A stretch of DNA of 64,000 nt, taken from NCBI GenBank assembly GCA_964252035.1, contig OZ176207.1; one strand, written 5' to 3'. The notes under the pieces were generated by a model, which had not been told where the DNA came from, did not search any database, and saw only the letters and a list, made by a program, of their open reading frames with translations. Source of the stretch: Podarcis erhardii (taxonomy: Eukaryota). Of this stretch, positions 13,971 to 28,438 are shown in pieces (position 1 is the first letter of the stretch; every line of letters begins with the position of its first letter). Both the position numbers and the translations under genes were made by a program.

Positions 13971-14516
13971 CTAAAGATAATCTGCCTAGTTTCCCCTCTG
14001 AAGTAGATCAAATTATTTCCCAAAACCTAACTGGCACCTGTGTTTCAAGAACACAGTAATGGTTTACAAATAGGAGTGCTAGTAATATGTGCTAATAATC
14101 TTCAACTTCTACCCTCTGTTAATACAAGCATCCATGTCCTTCATGGATACAGACCTTCTCATGATCGGCTTCTGCTCCAATACTCCATTTCAGCTGAGAG
14201 CAAGACAACTTGGTGTCACTTTTTCCTGGTTTGTGGTGATGCCAGGTTCATCCTGAATACCAAATTCAATGACTAGTGTGGCAATCACATTCTGAAAAGT
14301 TATTTCCTCTAGGCCTTCCACCCAACAACAGCCATAGATGCATCATCTATACATAAATATACAATTTTACCACAGAATGCTTTTATTCATAGCCTCTCAT
14401 GACTGGAGAATTTCTTCATGCAGTCCAGTGTGCCAATAATGTTTCCAAACTGTATTTACAAAATACAATACAATCATATGTTCAATACTGTACAACTGCC
14501 AGTAAAAAAAGAAACC

Positions 14517-14522
14517 TTTATT
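14517..14522 (-). terminator. Candidate AFG3L2 polyadenylation signal (alternatives at 14382 and 14759)
   Basis: AATAAA on the minus strand about 660 nt after the stop. Confidence 0.5.
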
Positions 14523-15177
14523 AAAACAGCAATAATATAATTTAGACTTTACACATTATTCCAGCCTCGGACCCAAAATTCTATTGGAAAAGCTCTTTAG
14601 CAGGCTTCAAATTTCACGATGGACACCAGCACAGCTTTGTTTTACAAATGGCAAGGCAGAAATAAATTTATAGAGTTGGGTGATAAGTAGATGTTTCTGC
14701 AGAACAGAAGAAGTATTGTCATAAATTACTTTGACTCCTGGTAAGCACCAGCAACGCATTTATTGTGTGCTAACAATTTGCATTTGATGGAGGCTACTTA
14801 AAGACAGGCAGATGATTTCCCTCTGTTATCCATGACAGTACATTAATCTAGGTCCTCTTAAATGTATCTGGTGATGGGCAAGAGTTGCACAACTCGGATA
14901 TGGATCTAAAAAGTTGAAAGAAGGGGACTCAGTCCAGATTCATAAGCTGCAAGGTCTCCACATTTTTTGTGCAGATTTTTAGGAAGCAGGACCTACTAGA
15001 ATCTGAATCCTCCTCTGTCAAATACAACAACAAACCCTTTCCTGGCTTCACCACTGCTGCAGGCTTGCTTCTTTCCAATCGAGGATTCTTGAAGACTAGA
15101 CTCTGACATGTTCCCTCATTTTCTTTCAGTGTGCAACACATGTACTGTGCCAGTTTATACAACACCATATTTCAACA

Positions 15178-15441
<264 letters not shown>

Positions 15442-15805
15442 TCATACAATTTGTATAGAAGGTAAAGAATGTAAACTGGCTATCTTCCACAGCATGCAAA
15501 ATAATAACCAAGGATTTAACCTTTCACTGTGTATAACAGAATCAAAAGTACCATATTACAAATAGCTACTATAACCTCCTCTACATTGTTTCTAGCATTA
15601 GTCAAACATACTCTAAAAACTAACCATTAAGAAGCTGCTGCAAGGTATTTCCATGACGTACCTACAGGATGTGTTTATCAATGCATCCTGGTTCCAAACT
15701 TCCTAAGGAATGCACACATTTTGCTTTCTCTGAGGCAGAGTTGCCCCATTCATTTTAGTGTTAGGGAAAGGGCCACGTATACATCCTCATGTCATGAACA
15801 GGGAA

Positions 15806-16174
15806 ATTATTATTTATTAAATTTGTATACCGCCCTATACCTGCAGGTCCCTATACCCACAATACAAAAATACAAAATACATAATAAAATGAGAGCAAAA
15901 GCAAACCAATAACTCCCCCCTTCCACAACACATTTAAAAGGGCATCGGATGGTCAAAGAGGAACATGGCTCTTAAAGGTGTATAACGATGATGCCAGCTG
16001 AACCTCCCTGGGGAGAGCATGCCGCAAATGGGAAGCCACTGCAGAAAAGGCCCGTTCTTGTGTTGCCACCCTCTGGACCTCTCGTGAAGGAGGCACACAA
16101 AGAAGGGTCTCAGTGGATGATCTCAGGGTCCAGGTAGGTTCATACGGAGAGCAGGCCCTTGAGGTATTGTGGTC
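15806..16174 (-). mobile_element. L2 LINE 3' fragment (second family)
   Basis: Minus translation TLRSS...ERAFSAVA...ALPREV resembles the L2 ORF2 C-terminus. Confidence 0.8.
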
Positions 16175-16368
16175 ATTATTGCTTAAGCAAGTAATAGGCA
16201 GAGCTGCTATTCTTGTGTAAATCTGATAAAGGGCAAATAAGGGCATAATATAACTTGTAGAGTCCTGCTACCCCACTAACACATATACTGTGTATAAAAC
16301 AGCAATGTTTTAGTAGCATGTTGATCAAAGAACCTGGTAACCGTTTCTGTAGGCAAATGAATACGCAC

Positions 16369-16563
16369 CTTTTCCACCTCTGCCTTCTTCTCAGTTAGGA
16401 GAGACAATGTCCGTTCGTAAGCTGAATTAATAAGCACTCGCACCTCTTCATCTATCAGTCTTGCAGTTGCCTCACTATATGGTTTTTCTAATACCATGTC
16501 TCCTTGCCGAGGAAGCTCAAATGAAATTTGCCCAACTTTTTCATTCATTCCAAACTGAACAAT
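16369..16563 (-). CDS. AFG3L2: AFG3L2 exon 16 ([11 protein letters not shown]...AEVEK)
   Basis: 195 nt; canonical splice sites. Confidence 0.97.
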
Positions 16564-16841
16564 CTGAGGATTGAATGACACACATTTTTAAGTGCCTTAG
16601 TCACGAATGCTATGAAAAATATTAAGAGTCTTTATTCTAGCTACAATACTTTAGTATTAGCAGTTGCAACTAACCAAACTCTGCACCAGAGATGAGGAAT
16701 CTGTGGCCCTCCAGATGTTCTTGGGCTCCAACTCCCATCAGCCTTGACCGCTGGCTTGTTGGCTGTGGCTGAAATGGAGTAAAACACCTGGAGGGTCCCA
16801 GGTTCTCCAACCCTGCTCTACATTACTGTCAGGATTTTAAC

Positions 16842-16906
16842 CCAGCTCTTGGCAAAAACCAGCTCTTGGCAAAAACCAGCTCTTGGCAAAAACCAGCTCT
16901 TGGCAA
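16842..16906. repeat. 17-bp minisatellite (CCAGCTCTTGGCAAAAA) x3.8
   Basis: Perfect tandem copies. Confidence 0.95.
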
Positions 16907-17278
16907 TCTAATTTATTCCTGTAATAGTCCATGTACGCTTACTGGGAAAGGTTAATGTTAGTGTTTGAGTATGGTCATTACTAATTACAAAACTGTTAGA
17001 AATCTATTGCATCAATAATCTGGCTCTTGAAGTATTCATAAAATATTAGACAACCAATAGTAGCATCCAGGCATCAAAATGCACTACAAATTGTAAAATA
17101 TTGTATACTACAAAAATATAAATATTAACATGTACCACCAGCATACAAATTATTTTTCCCCCAGGAAGAAACAGTGCTAGACTTTAGGGGGTGGGGAGTA
17201 AGCCTCCATAACAAATCATTAATATATACCAGATATCAGAAGTATTTTTGTGGCATGAGTGGTGTATAAAGCATATCA

Positions 17279-17596
<318 letters not shown>

Positions 17597-18158
17597 TTAA
17601 ACAATCCAGCTTATTCCAGTTGGAACACATGCAAACTTGACTGACCTGGGGAAAAGGGTTTGTCTAAACTATTCCTGTTACAGCAGATCCCAAAATGCTC
17701 CATGAATCAAGCCAAGGTTGATGGCATAGAATTATCATCAATGTGCAAGTATCACAGAGGGGGTTGGGGAGGGTATGAAGCTAACAGAACTCCTCCGCTA
17801 GGAAATTCAATAAATAATAATAATTTTACTTTTTCCAGACAGATAAGTAGGAAGCACAGAACTGTTTCCCATAGTTCAAAGCAGTGGCAACAACTGGCAA
17901 TGAAGTGAGTGAAGCTGCCACACTTTTTACTGCTTCCTCAGCAGCTGCTCAGAGAGGAAGTGAGATAGCTAGTTACCATAGCTTCCTGGTTTGGATGAAA
18001 TGGGAAACTGAGGTTAAGAGACTTGATTACTCATGCTGCAAAGCAAAGAATGAAGGGTCTGTGTGTGAAGGCAAAAGGCTAGTTCATATCTAAACTTACT
18101 AAGCCAAATTCTGATGATCCAAATGTGATCATTGTACAGCAAGCGTCTTGCTAAGTCA

Positions 18159-18287
<129 letters not shown>

Positions 18288-18530
18288 TTAAAAACCCCAA
18301 AACTTTACTACTGAGGTGCAGATTTCCAAATTGGTGATAAGATAGCCCCCTAGAACCAATAGATTTGGGGTTTCCTCCATCCCCTCCTCAACTTGAGATA
18401 GTTAGGCCTCACACTCAACAGACTATTGCAAATAAGGGAGAAATATTTACTGTTTGATATAATGGAGCACTAGCTCCTTAAAATTATTCTCCCCTCCCAC
18501 CATAATCAAGAAAGAAGATTATTGTTGTTA

Positions 18531-18752
<222 letters not shown>

Positions 18753-19065
18753 TCAGAGCCGTTTCCAAACATAACACCCATCACTTAACACAATGAGGAT
18801 AACCAGATATGCAATCAAGCACAGTAACTAAAGTTCCCGCAAAGCTGCACATTTTAGGGTGGGGGAGAGTAGTCTAGTTGTTGCTATTATTAAATAATGG
18901 GGTATCAGAAACCCTTGCTGATCTATTACGAATCATGCAAATTCTGCAGTAGATATAGAGCTAACATCATTCCACCTCCAATCTGTCATCACAATTTCCT
19001 CATAAAAATGAGAAAATAATACTTCTAGAAACGTACCAATTGCACAGGAGTAAAAGATCACCTAC

Positions 19066-19191
19066 CTGAAAATCCAGGAGTAAGTGATGCAAGTTTTCGT
19101 GCTAAATTATCTCTATTCAAGCTACTATCCAACTTCAGGGGCCTAAGATGAACTTTGAAAATAGATGCTCTTCCCTTTATATCTGGTGGCC
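19066..19191 (-). CDS. AFG3L2: AFG3L2 exon 12 ([15 protein letters not shown]...TPGFS)
   Basis: 126 nt; canonical splice sites. Confidence 0.96.
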
Positions 19192-19336
19192 CTTGAAGAG
19201 TTTGAAGAAAAAGCAATTAACTTTACAATTGCAAACATTTCTGCTTTCTAATAGTCCCACTGACCAGCTTTAGCTAACATCTCCTCTCTGTTCTCATAGT
19301 TTTGAGTTGACATCTTTATGAGGTCAAAGTTGTCTA

Positions 19337-19492
<156 letters not shown>

Positions 19493-20738
19493 TCAGTAGC
19501 AAAAATGTTTTTTTCCAAAAGGCTATGGTGAATCTTAAGCATGCTATTTTGTAAATTCTGAAGTGACCAGAGTATTGGCAATTCTGCCTTCCGTCAAGGA
19601 CTTAACGACTGAGCAGGTGAAGAGAACTACACCGTGTTAAAGAATGAGGAAAAGATGCAAAACTATTGCATACTATGTAATATGAGTGCTTACAATTCAC
19701 AGGACAAGGTACTTTCAAAATTCTGAACCACTGTTACTACAGCCTACAACAACTTCTTCTTTGGCGATCACTTGTAGCCAAGTAAGATTGTCTTCCATAA
19801 ACATGGTTTTAACAATGAGTCCGTAAGTGACTGTGGAGGCCAATTCTGGATCCACACGTCCTTCCACAGTGGGAACATTGGTTTCCAGGTGACCTTATAT
19901 GGCAGGCAATAGCTTATGAAATGGGAAACAAGTCAAAGAGAAGTATCCAACTAAGTTATACTCAGAGTAGAACAAGTGAAATCAATAGGCTTAAGTTAGT
20001 CATGATATCACCCACAGAGATTATGGGTTATGTCCCCCAACCATCTTGAGCAGATTTGAATGTGCCAAGGGGGCTGTAGTGGGGAGACGTCCCATTGTGC
20101 AAACAGAAGTCTGTTTCACTTGCACACTGGCAGAATTGGATACAAACCTTAGTGTACAATCCCATACAATTAGCAATAAGGTTACAAAACAAAAAGAACA
20201 GAAAGATGCTTTCTGCTATGTTCATTCAGTATCATGAAAAAACAACAACCCACTCTTTCTAAAAGAGATTATAAAGTCTAGGTTATATCCAATGTCAGTC
20301 ATACTGGGAATAGGCCGCTGAAATTGATCAAAAAAGTTAACTCTATTTATTTCAATGGGCATAATCAGGTTGTGATTATGTAGATATTATTCTACCCTTT
20401 TCTGGTTATTAACATAAAACACATCATTTTCATCTTCAAATATGTTGTTACTAATAAAGCCATCCAACCCCTGAGGGGGTTATTGGTTTGTTTTTGTTTT
20501 ATTACTTGGTATGTATTTTATGGAGGACACCAGGCTGGCGACGCTGGCTCTAACCAGCACCTGCCTACATTCCCTACTGATTTTTAACAGCCAGTTGATT
20601 TTTGACATAGGTTTTCATCACGTTTGGTTGTGTCCCCATGCAGCTTGTTTCATACCAGTAGGAGCTGTTTCCAGGTAATTTGTTTAAGAATGAAGTGTTA
20701 CTCTATATGTAAGTGGCAGTAGGAATAATAAAAATTTA

Positions 20739-20933
<195 letters not shown>

Positions 20934-21111
20934 TCAAAATCATGTATTGCCACACAGCTACGGTAGTTGTCCATCAACACTACAGAATACACCACAGAGT
21001 TAGCATTCATGTCATTGAAATAGGTATACAACATTAGACTCATTTGTCCGTCTATCAGGAAATTATATTGCAGCTAACATGTTAGGTTATGAAATAAATT
21101 GAATGCTTTTA

Positions 21112-21341
21112 CAGTTGTACCTTTGTTTTCGAACAGCTTAGTTCTCGAACGTTTTGGCTTCTGAACACCGCAAACCCAGAAGTGACTGTTCCGGTTTGTG
21201 AACTATTTTAGGAAGCCAAATGTCCAACAGGGCTTCCGATTGGCTGCAGGAGCTTCCTGCAGCCAAACTTTGGTTTACGAACGTTTTAGAATTTGAAGAG
21301 ACTTCTGGAACAGATTCTGCTCGACTTGCAAGGTATGACTG
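21112..21341. mobile_element. Tigger-like MITE family D
   Basis: TA-CAGTTGTACCTT...AAGGTATGACTG-TA. Confidence 0.75.
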
Positions 21342-21390
21342 TAATTTGAAAGCTGTAGAAATCAAACTCTGGAAAAGTGTTTGGAACCAT

Positions 21391-21600
21391 GGGTGGTATT
21401 CAACTACTACATCCTGTCAGCGCAAGGATTTCTACTTGTGCAAAGGGACTGCCCCCCCTCACTGTGTGTGCCCTCCCCAAATCTGCTCCAGAAGATTGGG
21501 AAAACGCTTAGAACAAATTTGGAGGTGCATAGGGGGAGGACATTCTGTTGCACAAGCAGAAATCCCTGCGCTGACAGAATGAGACTTAGTGAACAAAGAA
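21391..21600. mobile_element. Non-autonomous inverted-repeat element with about 33-bp arms (21411-21443, 21548-21580)
   Basis: ATCCTGTCAGCGCAAGGATTTCTACTTGTGCAA vs its near reverse complement; a related element lies near 49620-49810. Confidence 0.6.
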
Positions 21601-22005
21601 TTCTGCCCAATGTTTTTATTTCTACATAAGTACTTGAAACAAATGCTTTATGCTGGAAGAGCCAGCAGTGTCCAAAGTACAAGAGCTAGACTTGGATGAA
21701 GGAGACCTTGGTTAAAATTGCATCTTTCCCTAAGAGCCGGGACTTCTTAAAATAGCATAAATTTCCTACACAACTCCGTAGAGAAGTGTGGAGAACCTTT
21801 GTGTACATGGATGATAAATCTAGCCTTCCTTCAACAGCCATCAAATTTAGAATACCATTCGCTTGTCCTTATCAACTGTTAGGAAAAAGAAGACGACAGT
21901 GGCAAAATGCAGTCAGAGGGCTACAGCTCTGAAGCAATAAGATTTCCTAGAAACTAAGTGAGATATCAGAGTTATTAATTAAAATAGCTTGCAGCCAGCT
22001 ATTTA

Positions 22006-22326
<321 letters not shown>

Positions 22327-22355
22327 TTAAATTTTCTTCAATATGAGTCAATATA

Positions 22356-23051
22356 CCGTATTTTTCGCTCTATAGGATGCACCTTGTTTTAGAGGGGAAG
22401 AACAAGAAAAAAAAAAATCTCCCCCTCTCTGCCCAGCGCCCCTTCAGCGAAGCGGCAGGAGGCACTGCGCAGAGAGGGGGAGATTCCCCCTTGTTTTCCC
22501 CCTCTAAAACAAGGCGCCGTTCAAGGTGCATTCAGTAGCTTCAGGCGGCTACCTTGGAAGCCTGGAGAGCGAGAGGGGTCGGTGCGCACTGACCCCTCTT
22601 GCTCTCCAGGCTTCAGGTTCCTTTTGACCTGCTTTTTGGGGCTGGGGGGGGAAGCCCACCGCCAGCCCCAAAGAGCAGGTCAGAGAGCAGCGGAAAGGCG
22701 CGCAGCGGAGAGGCTGCTGCCATAGCCGCGTGTCACCTCTCCAGCTGGGAGAAGGTACGCGGGGCTATGGCAATACCCCCACCTCCCGTAAAAGCCCACA
22801 GGAGCCGCACACCCTTTAAGGAGCACGCGGCTCCTGTGGGCTTTTCTACGAGGAGGGAGAAGGGACTGACTGGCCGCGTCAGTCCCTTGTCCCTCCTGAG
22901 GAAAAGCCCGCAAGAGCCGTGCAGAGCTTGTGTGCGGTTTTTTGGGGCTTTTCCTGCCTGCCTCCCTCCTGCATTTGCTCCATAGGATGCACATACATTT
23001 CCCCTTCATTTTGGAGGGGGGAAAGTGTGTCCTATAGAGCGAAAAATACAG
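22356..23051. mobile_element. TcMar-Tc2-like non-autonomous DNA transposon
   Basis: TA-CCGTATTTTTCGCTCTATAGGA...TCCTATAGAGCGAAAAATACAG-TA TIRs; GC-rich interior. Confidence 0.85.
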
Positions 23052-23175
23052 TATTTAGAACTCTGTTTCAGGGAAGTATAACACGTTTCCTAGTTCCACA
23101 AATAACTCAAAATTTTCTCTTTTTCCTGAAATGTTCTAGTCCTTGAAAAAGTAATTTGAATTTCACATAACTGTA

Positions 23176-23400
23176 CAGTGGTACCTCGGGTTACATACGC
23201 TTCAGGTTACAGACTCCACTAACCCAGAAATAGTACCTCGGGTTAAGAACTTTGTTCAGGATGAGAACAGAAATTGTGCTCCAGCGGTGCAGCGGCAGCA
23301 GGAGGTCCCATTAGCTAAAGTGGTGCTTCAGGTTAAGAACAGTTTCAGGTTAAGAACGGACCTCCGGAACGAATTAAGTACTTAACCCGAGGTACCACTG
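23176..23400. mobile_element. MITE family A, copy 2 (AFG3L2 intron 8)
   Basis: Same TIRs and body; opposite orientation to copy 1. Confidence 0.9.
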
Positions 23401-23842
23401 TGTTTTGAATGGGAGTGCAAGCTGCAATATAGCTAAAGTAACCAATATTTGATCATGATCACACAAGATGGTCAATTTAATAAGTCTTCACAAGATTCAC
23501 CCACTATTTATTAATATCCATGAGGATATGATACTCTAACCTAATTTTTGGCCCTATGCTAATTCAGATTTTAAAAAATCAAGTTGGACAAATAGTATTT
23601 GCTTGCAGGTAAATTTGAGTAAGAAAGAACAGTGTCCTCATTTTACTGAAAGGGAAGCACAGAAAACAAAAGAATTTCATAATGTCACTAAATGAAGATT
23701 CAGTGGCTATGTGAAATGAGTTCTTATGATTCCACAAACTCTTGTGATCATATTTTTCAAATTCTGATGTTAGGTCAGAATATAGGAATAATGCAAATTG
23801 TCACTAAATTCAAAAAAATTAATCCCCAGCTAAAAGAGCTCA

Positions 23843-24190
<348 letters not shown>

Positions 24191-24429
24191 TTAATTCATT
24201 GTTTCATAACAAAATATGGGGTGGGGAGGAGTCACATAAGAGCAATTTCATTTGTACATTATGAACAACTTTACTCAATAAGGTGCAATTTCAGTTAAAA
24301 TATGCTGGGCTACAACAAATCATGCACAGTTCATAGCACCTTTCTGATTCATAATACAAATGTGCGCTAAAGCTAATGAATTCCTAGATCAGGCTAACTT
24401 TATCTCTTGCTCTTTCTTACATTCCCCAT

Positions 24430-25881
24430 TAGTTGGCATCCATCTATCTCAGGAGAAAATGGAGGAGTTCACTTTTGGAGATGAAGTCAAACCCTTGGGA
24501 GAGTTGCAGCACCTGCTGTGGTTGTAGAAACCGATACGGGACATGTTTTGCTGCAGCTAGGGCAGATGAAGGCGTCCAATTGTGCTGCTGCAGATGCACC
24601 ATGGCGTTTCTTCTCTCTGCCTTCCTCCCAACTGTCGCTCCTCCTCTAGCCAATGCTGTGGAGGCATAGCCTGTGAGCCAGTGTGGTGTAGTGGTTAAGA
24701 GCGGTAGTCTCGTAATCTGGTGAACAGGGTTCGCGTCTCCGCTCCTCCACATGCAGCTGCTGGGTGACCTTGGGCCAGTCACACTTCTGTGAAGTCTGTC
24801 AGCCTCACTCACCTCACAGAGTGTTTGTTGTGGGGGAGGAAGGGAAAGGAGAATGTTAGCCGCTTTGAGACTCCTTAAAGGGAGTGAAAGGCGGGATATC
24901 AAATCCAAACTCCTCTTCTTCTTCTTCTTCTTCTTCTTCTTCTTCCTGTCTCCAGACACTGCGATCATCTGCAAGGCATCCCCACATGGCAGGGTTGATG
25001 TTGCCACCCTTCGTCCCATTTGCAGACATGTATGTAACACAGAGTTGGTTTGCAAATGGGCCTGATGCCAGCTCCCAATAGAGCACACCCTTGGGGATTC
25101 TGCAATCTTCCATTCTGTGGACAGGACCAAGACTACGTAGAAGTTGCAGAGACAGGAGTCTGAACTTTGTGGGAACGTGGGCAGGACTCTGTCCTGCCAT
25201 GTGAAACCCCAAATCCTCCTGACACTGTATATGTGGAAAGCATTGAAGTGTCATTCCTGGCAGGTCTAAGTTGCCCACGTCTCACTACCATGAAGCAGAA
25301 TCCTCAATACGCAAGCCTAGTAGACCTTCATCTTAGTATTAGCATCACATCCTCCCATACCCTTTGGAGTGAAAAGCCATTGTTGGAGCTGCCTTGCCAA
25401 TTCACTTGTCCAGCTCAGCGTCGATGGAGAGATTGCTGGTTATGGTGGAACCCAGGTAGACTTGTCTACCACCCCAAGTGTGTGGTCACCAATGCTGATG
25501 CGTGGAATGCTGATAATGGCTCAGGATGCTCATCCCCGTCAGGCTGATGGTAAGGCCAAACTCCTTGCAGGCTTGGGCAAAACGGTTGACGAGTCTTTGT
25601 AGAGCTTCCTCTGAGTGCTCTGTAAATGCTGTGTCATCTGCAAACAACATCTCTCAGGTAAGACCCGTTGCACTTAAGTTTAGGTGCAGAGACGTGCCAG
25701 GCTGAACAAACTCCTGTCTCAACAAGGTAGGATGTCCACCTAAGCTTTACAAGATGATAGTGTCCTTCCACGAGAACATGCATGGCACCGTCCAGTATGA
25801 CAGCTCATCCTAGGACTCCTTCCCTATAAAGAGCAGTGTGAAACAGGGCTGTGTTCTCGCCCCAACTTTCTTTGACATTCC
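24430..25881 (-). mobile_element. Degenerate 5'-truncated RTE-clade LINE; the 25730-25881 segment is inverted; interrupted by a SINE
   Basis: Minus strand: LFADD RT motif, ALQRLVNRFAQACKEFGL, HRMEDCRIPK, terminal C2H2-like remnant; plus strand: GCPPKL...VKQGCVLAP. Confidence 0.85.
24675..24944 (+). mobile_element. Squam3-like tRNA-derived SINE with (TTC)n tail and 5-bp TSD CCTGT
   Basis: GAGCCAGTGTGGTGTAGTGGTTAAGAGC head with A- and B-box-like motifs; CCTGT at 24670-24674 and 24945-24949. Confidence 0.85.
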
Positions 25882-26062
25882 ATACCTTACTGCAAATGAG
25901 AGAAAACCCTTCTTCTTCCGCCATGCATATGCTAAATCATTTGAGAGTGGTGGATGATAGGGGTTACCAACAAGCGCAACCAGAGACTGGCTTGTCAGCA
26001 AGCCAATTCTAAAAGGTAATATCATATATTCCATTACAATTCCAATCATTTTAAACACTTAC

Positions 26063-26187
26063 CCATCACTCTCTGCTGCATACACTACAGGTATCCGGCT
26101 CTCCCCTTCTATCCCCATCTCAAGCTGTGCAGTTTCCAAGTTCCGCTCAAATGTGTCCACACTTCCAATATTAAACCAAACATATTG
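26063..26187 (-). CDS. AFG3L2: AFG3L2 exon 7 ([18 protein letters not shown]...AESDG)
   Basis: 125 nt; cag acceptor, GTAAGT donor. Confidence 0.95.
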
Positions 26188-26439
26188 CTGTAAAAACAAA
26201 TACAATAATTCATGGTGTCTCAGTTTTAGCATTTTAAATTAACCTGAGAGAGACAAGATTATAAAGCTTATTTTAATATAAAGAAGCAGCTTAATTGAAT
26301 ATCCAAAAAGTTACAATACATACGTATCAACTAGAGGCAGAAATTTAATATGCTGGTTTTAGTTGCATCGTTTCTATTTGCTGAAGAAAACACCTCCACT
26401 GAATGTGCATTTCTGAATGCTAGACTGGCAAAATATTTA

Positions 26440-26681
26440 CAGCGGTACCTCGGGTTACATACGCTTCAGGTTACATACGTTTCAGGTTACAGACTCTGCT
26501 AACCCAGAAATAGTGCTTCAGGTTAAGTACTTTGCTTCAGGATGAGAACAGAAATTGTGCTCCGGCAGTGCGGCGGCAGCAGGAGGCCCCATTAGCTAAA
26601 GTGGTGCTTCAGGTTAATAACAGTTTCAGATTAAGAACGGACCTCTGGTACGAATTAAGTACTTAACCTCAGGTACCACTG
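26440..26681. mobile_element. MITE family A, copy 3 (AFG3L2 intron 6)
   Basis: TA TSDs; extra internal copy of the ACATACGCTTCAGGTT-type unit. Confidence 0.9.
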
Positions 26682-27047
26682 TATAGGACTTCTGCCATGT
26701 CTCCCATTGATGGCAAAAGTATTTCTATTATAGTGTTATACAATACTATATAACAGGTGAAATCCCTAATAGGTATGGTGCAGAGAAACCACACTTGCAC
26801 ATCATGTTCTGTATCTTTAAGCAAAAAGCATGTGGAGATTCCTACAGTATGTAGGGTGCACTAGACATCAGATTCTGCACATGCTCAACACATTTTGTCA
26901 TTTACTTGCAAGGGCACAGAGCACAGCCCTGATACATCAAAATAACAAACTGTCAGATCCATATTTAATACGCTATACAGAAACGTTTACAAACATAAAT
27001 GATTCAACCCCTTAATGCATTTGGTGAATTGAAAAAAATTGATTTAC

Positions 27048-27122
27048 CCCATCAATTGGCGACTTCCCTGGGGTAAAAACCACTCTAACAAAGCGCTTGT
27101 TCACCACTTCTAGCTTGTCCAC
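27048..27122 (-). CDS. AFG3L2: AFG3L2 exon 6 ([25 protein letters not shown])
   Basis: 75 nt; canonical splice sites. Confidence 0.95.
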
Positions 27123-28285
27123 CTGTGAAAGCACAAAATACATTTCAGACAGTAACTTTTTCCTCCTGGGAGAAGCCAAAGATTGAACCACAGACCTTCT
27201 GCATGTAAAGCATCGTCTCTGCCCCTGAGCTAGGGACCTTCCCTTATGCTGTATGAACATGACCCTGTGAGATGTGAGTGTACTGAAACTGCTGAGGACT
27301 GTTTCAGAATCAAAAACATCCAAAATCTGCTAAAAAAAGTCTGGCCCAATACATTATAAGTTCAAAATCTTTCTTCCAAAAGGAAAGGCCCCCAAATATA
27401 AAACTGATTCCTTGGCAAGGTACCAATTCTTTGACCCTACCATGAAGCACAGAAGGTTGCAGGAAGAGCCTTGCCTTCACTTGCACTCAGGGCTTGAATA
27501 AAGAAACTATGCTGATTCTGCTGTTCCTTTCCACTTTGTCAAAGCTCCCTGCAAGTGGGACAAAACATTGCTTCTCCTCTGATCCTTCTAGCAAGCATGC
27601 AGGGACACAGGGTAAGGTGGAGTGCTGTTTCATATTGCTGCCCAAGGCTTGGATAAGAACACAACAGGAAATAAGAATGTGTCAGTGGGGTCTTGACTCA
27701 GCTTGTGTCAGACACAAAGAAAACAGGAGATCAGCCTGCTGTTGCTTTTCTTATCCAAACTATGTGAGTGAGAGTTCTGCCCTCTCTTGCCTCAGTGAGC
27801 AAGCAAGTCCTGAGAAAGCAGGGTCTCAAAGTAAATAACCTGTCCATTGAAGAAAATGCAAACTTATGGTCTCTCTTTTAGCCCACTACACTAAACTTAT
27901 TCTTGAACTCTCTTCAAGAGTTTTGCTTGTTGTGGTTTTTTAGCTTGCTATTTTTATATTTTAAATTATTTTCCTTGAGTTTTTTTGAAGCAAAGGCAGG
28001 AAAAGTTTCAAATAAATAATATGCCCTTAAAAAGAGTCGTGGAGCTCAAAATGTCTTAGGCCATTTTCTAACAATATGGCTAACCTCTACTTTTTGCCTT
28101 TTGTTTCTGGAATAGAAGTTCTGACCACATGCAGTAATTTTCTTCTTCTTTCTTTAATACAAATTCATCCTCAGCCTTTCCAGCTTCAATTAAATTATAG
28201 CCCACCCTGGTTTACATTCAGTCACAATGGATAACTTATTCTGTGAAATGTACATTTCAGCTGAAGGTGCCTCAGTGCTACTTAC

Positions 28286-28438
28286 CACTCCTTTGGAAAG
28301 GTAGTTGTTGGCAAAGTCCTTCCATGTGATTTCTCTCCCAGCATTCCTGAAGAAAACATAGTATGTAGCAAAAGCCCAGAAAATTGCAGTGCCCATGAAA
28401 TAAAAACGGAACTCTTTGTCATCCCAGGGAAAGTCACC
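28286..28438 (-). CDS. AFG3L2: AFG3L2 exon 5 ([10 protein letters not shown]...TM1...NNYLSKGV)
   Basis: 153 nt; canonical splice sites. Confidence 0.95.

Noticed and set aside
16842-16906. Repeat array considered as CRISPR-like
   Set aside because: No spacers; eukaryotic minisatellite
22599-23009. 128-aa and 109-aa ORFs
   Set aside because: Lie in the GC-rich interior of a non-autonomous transposon; no transposase motifs
24675-24760. tRNA-like sequence
   Set aside because: SINE head, not a tRNA gene; no complete cloverleaf
24444-25130. 228-aa ORF with poly-Lys, and overlapping poly-Glu, poly-Ser and poly-Phe ORFs
   Set aside because: Produced by the SINE (TTC)n tail and RTE remnants; not a gene
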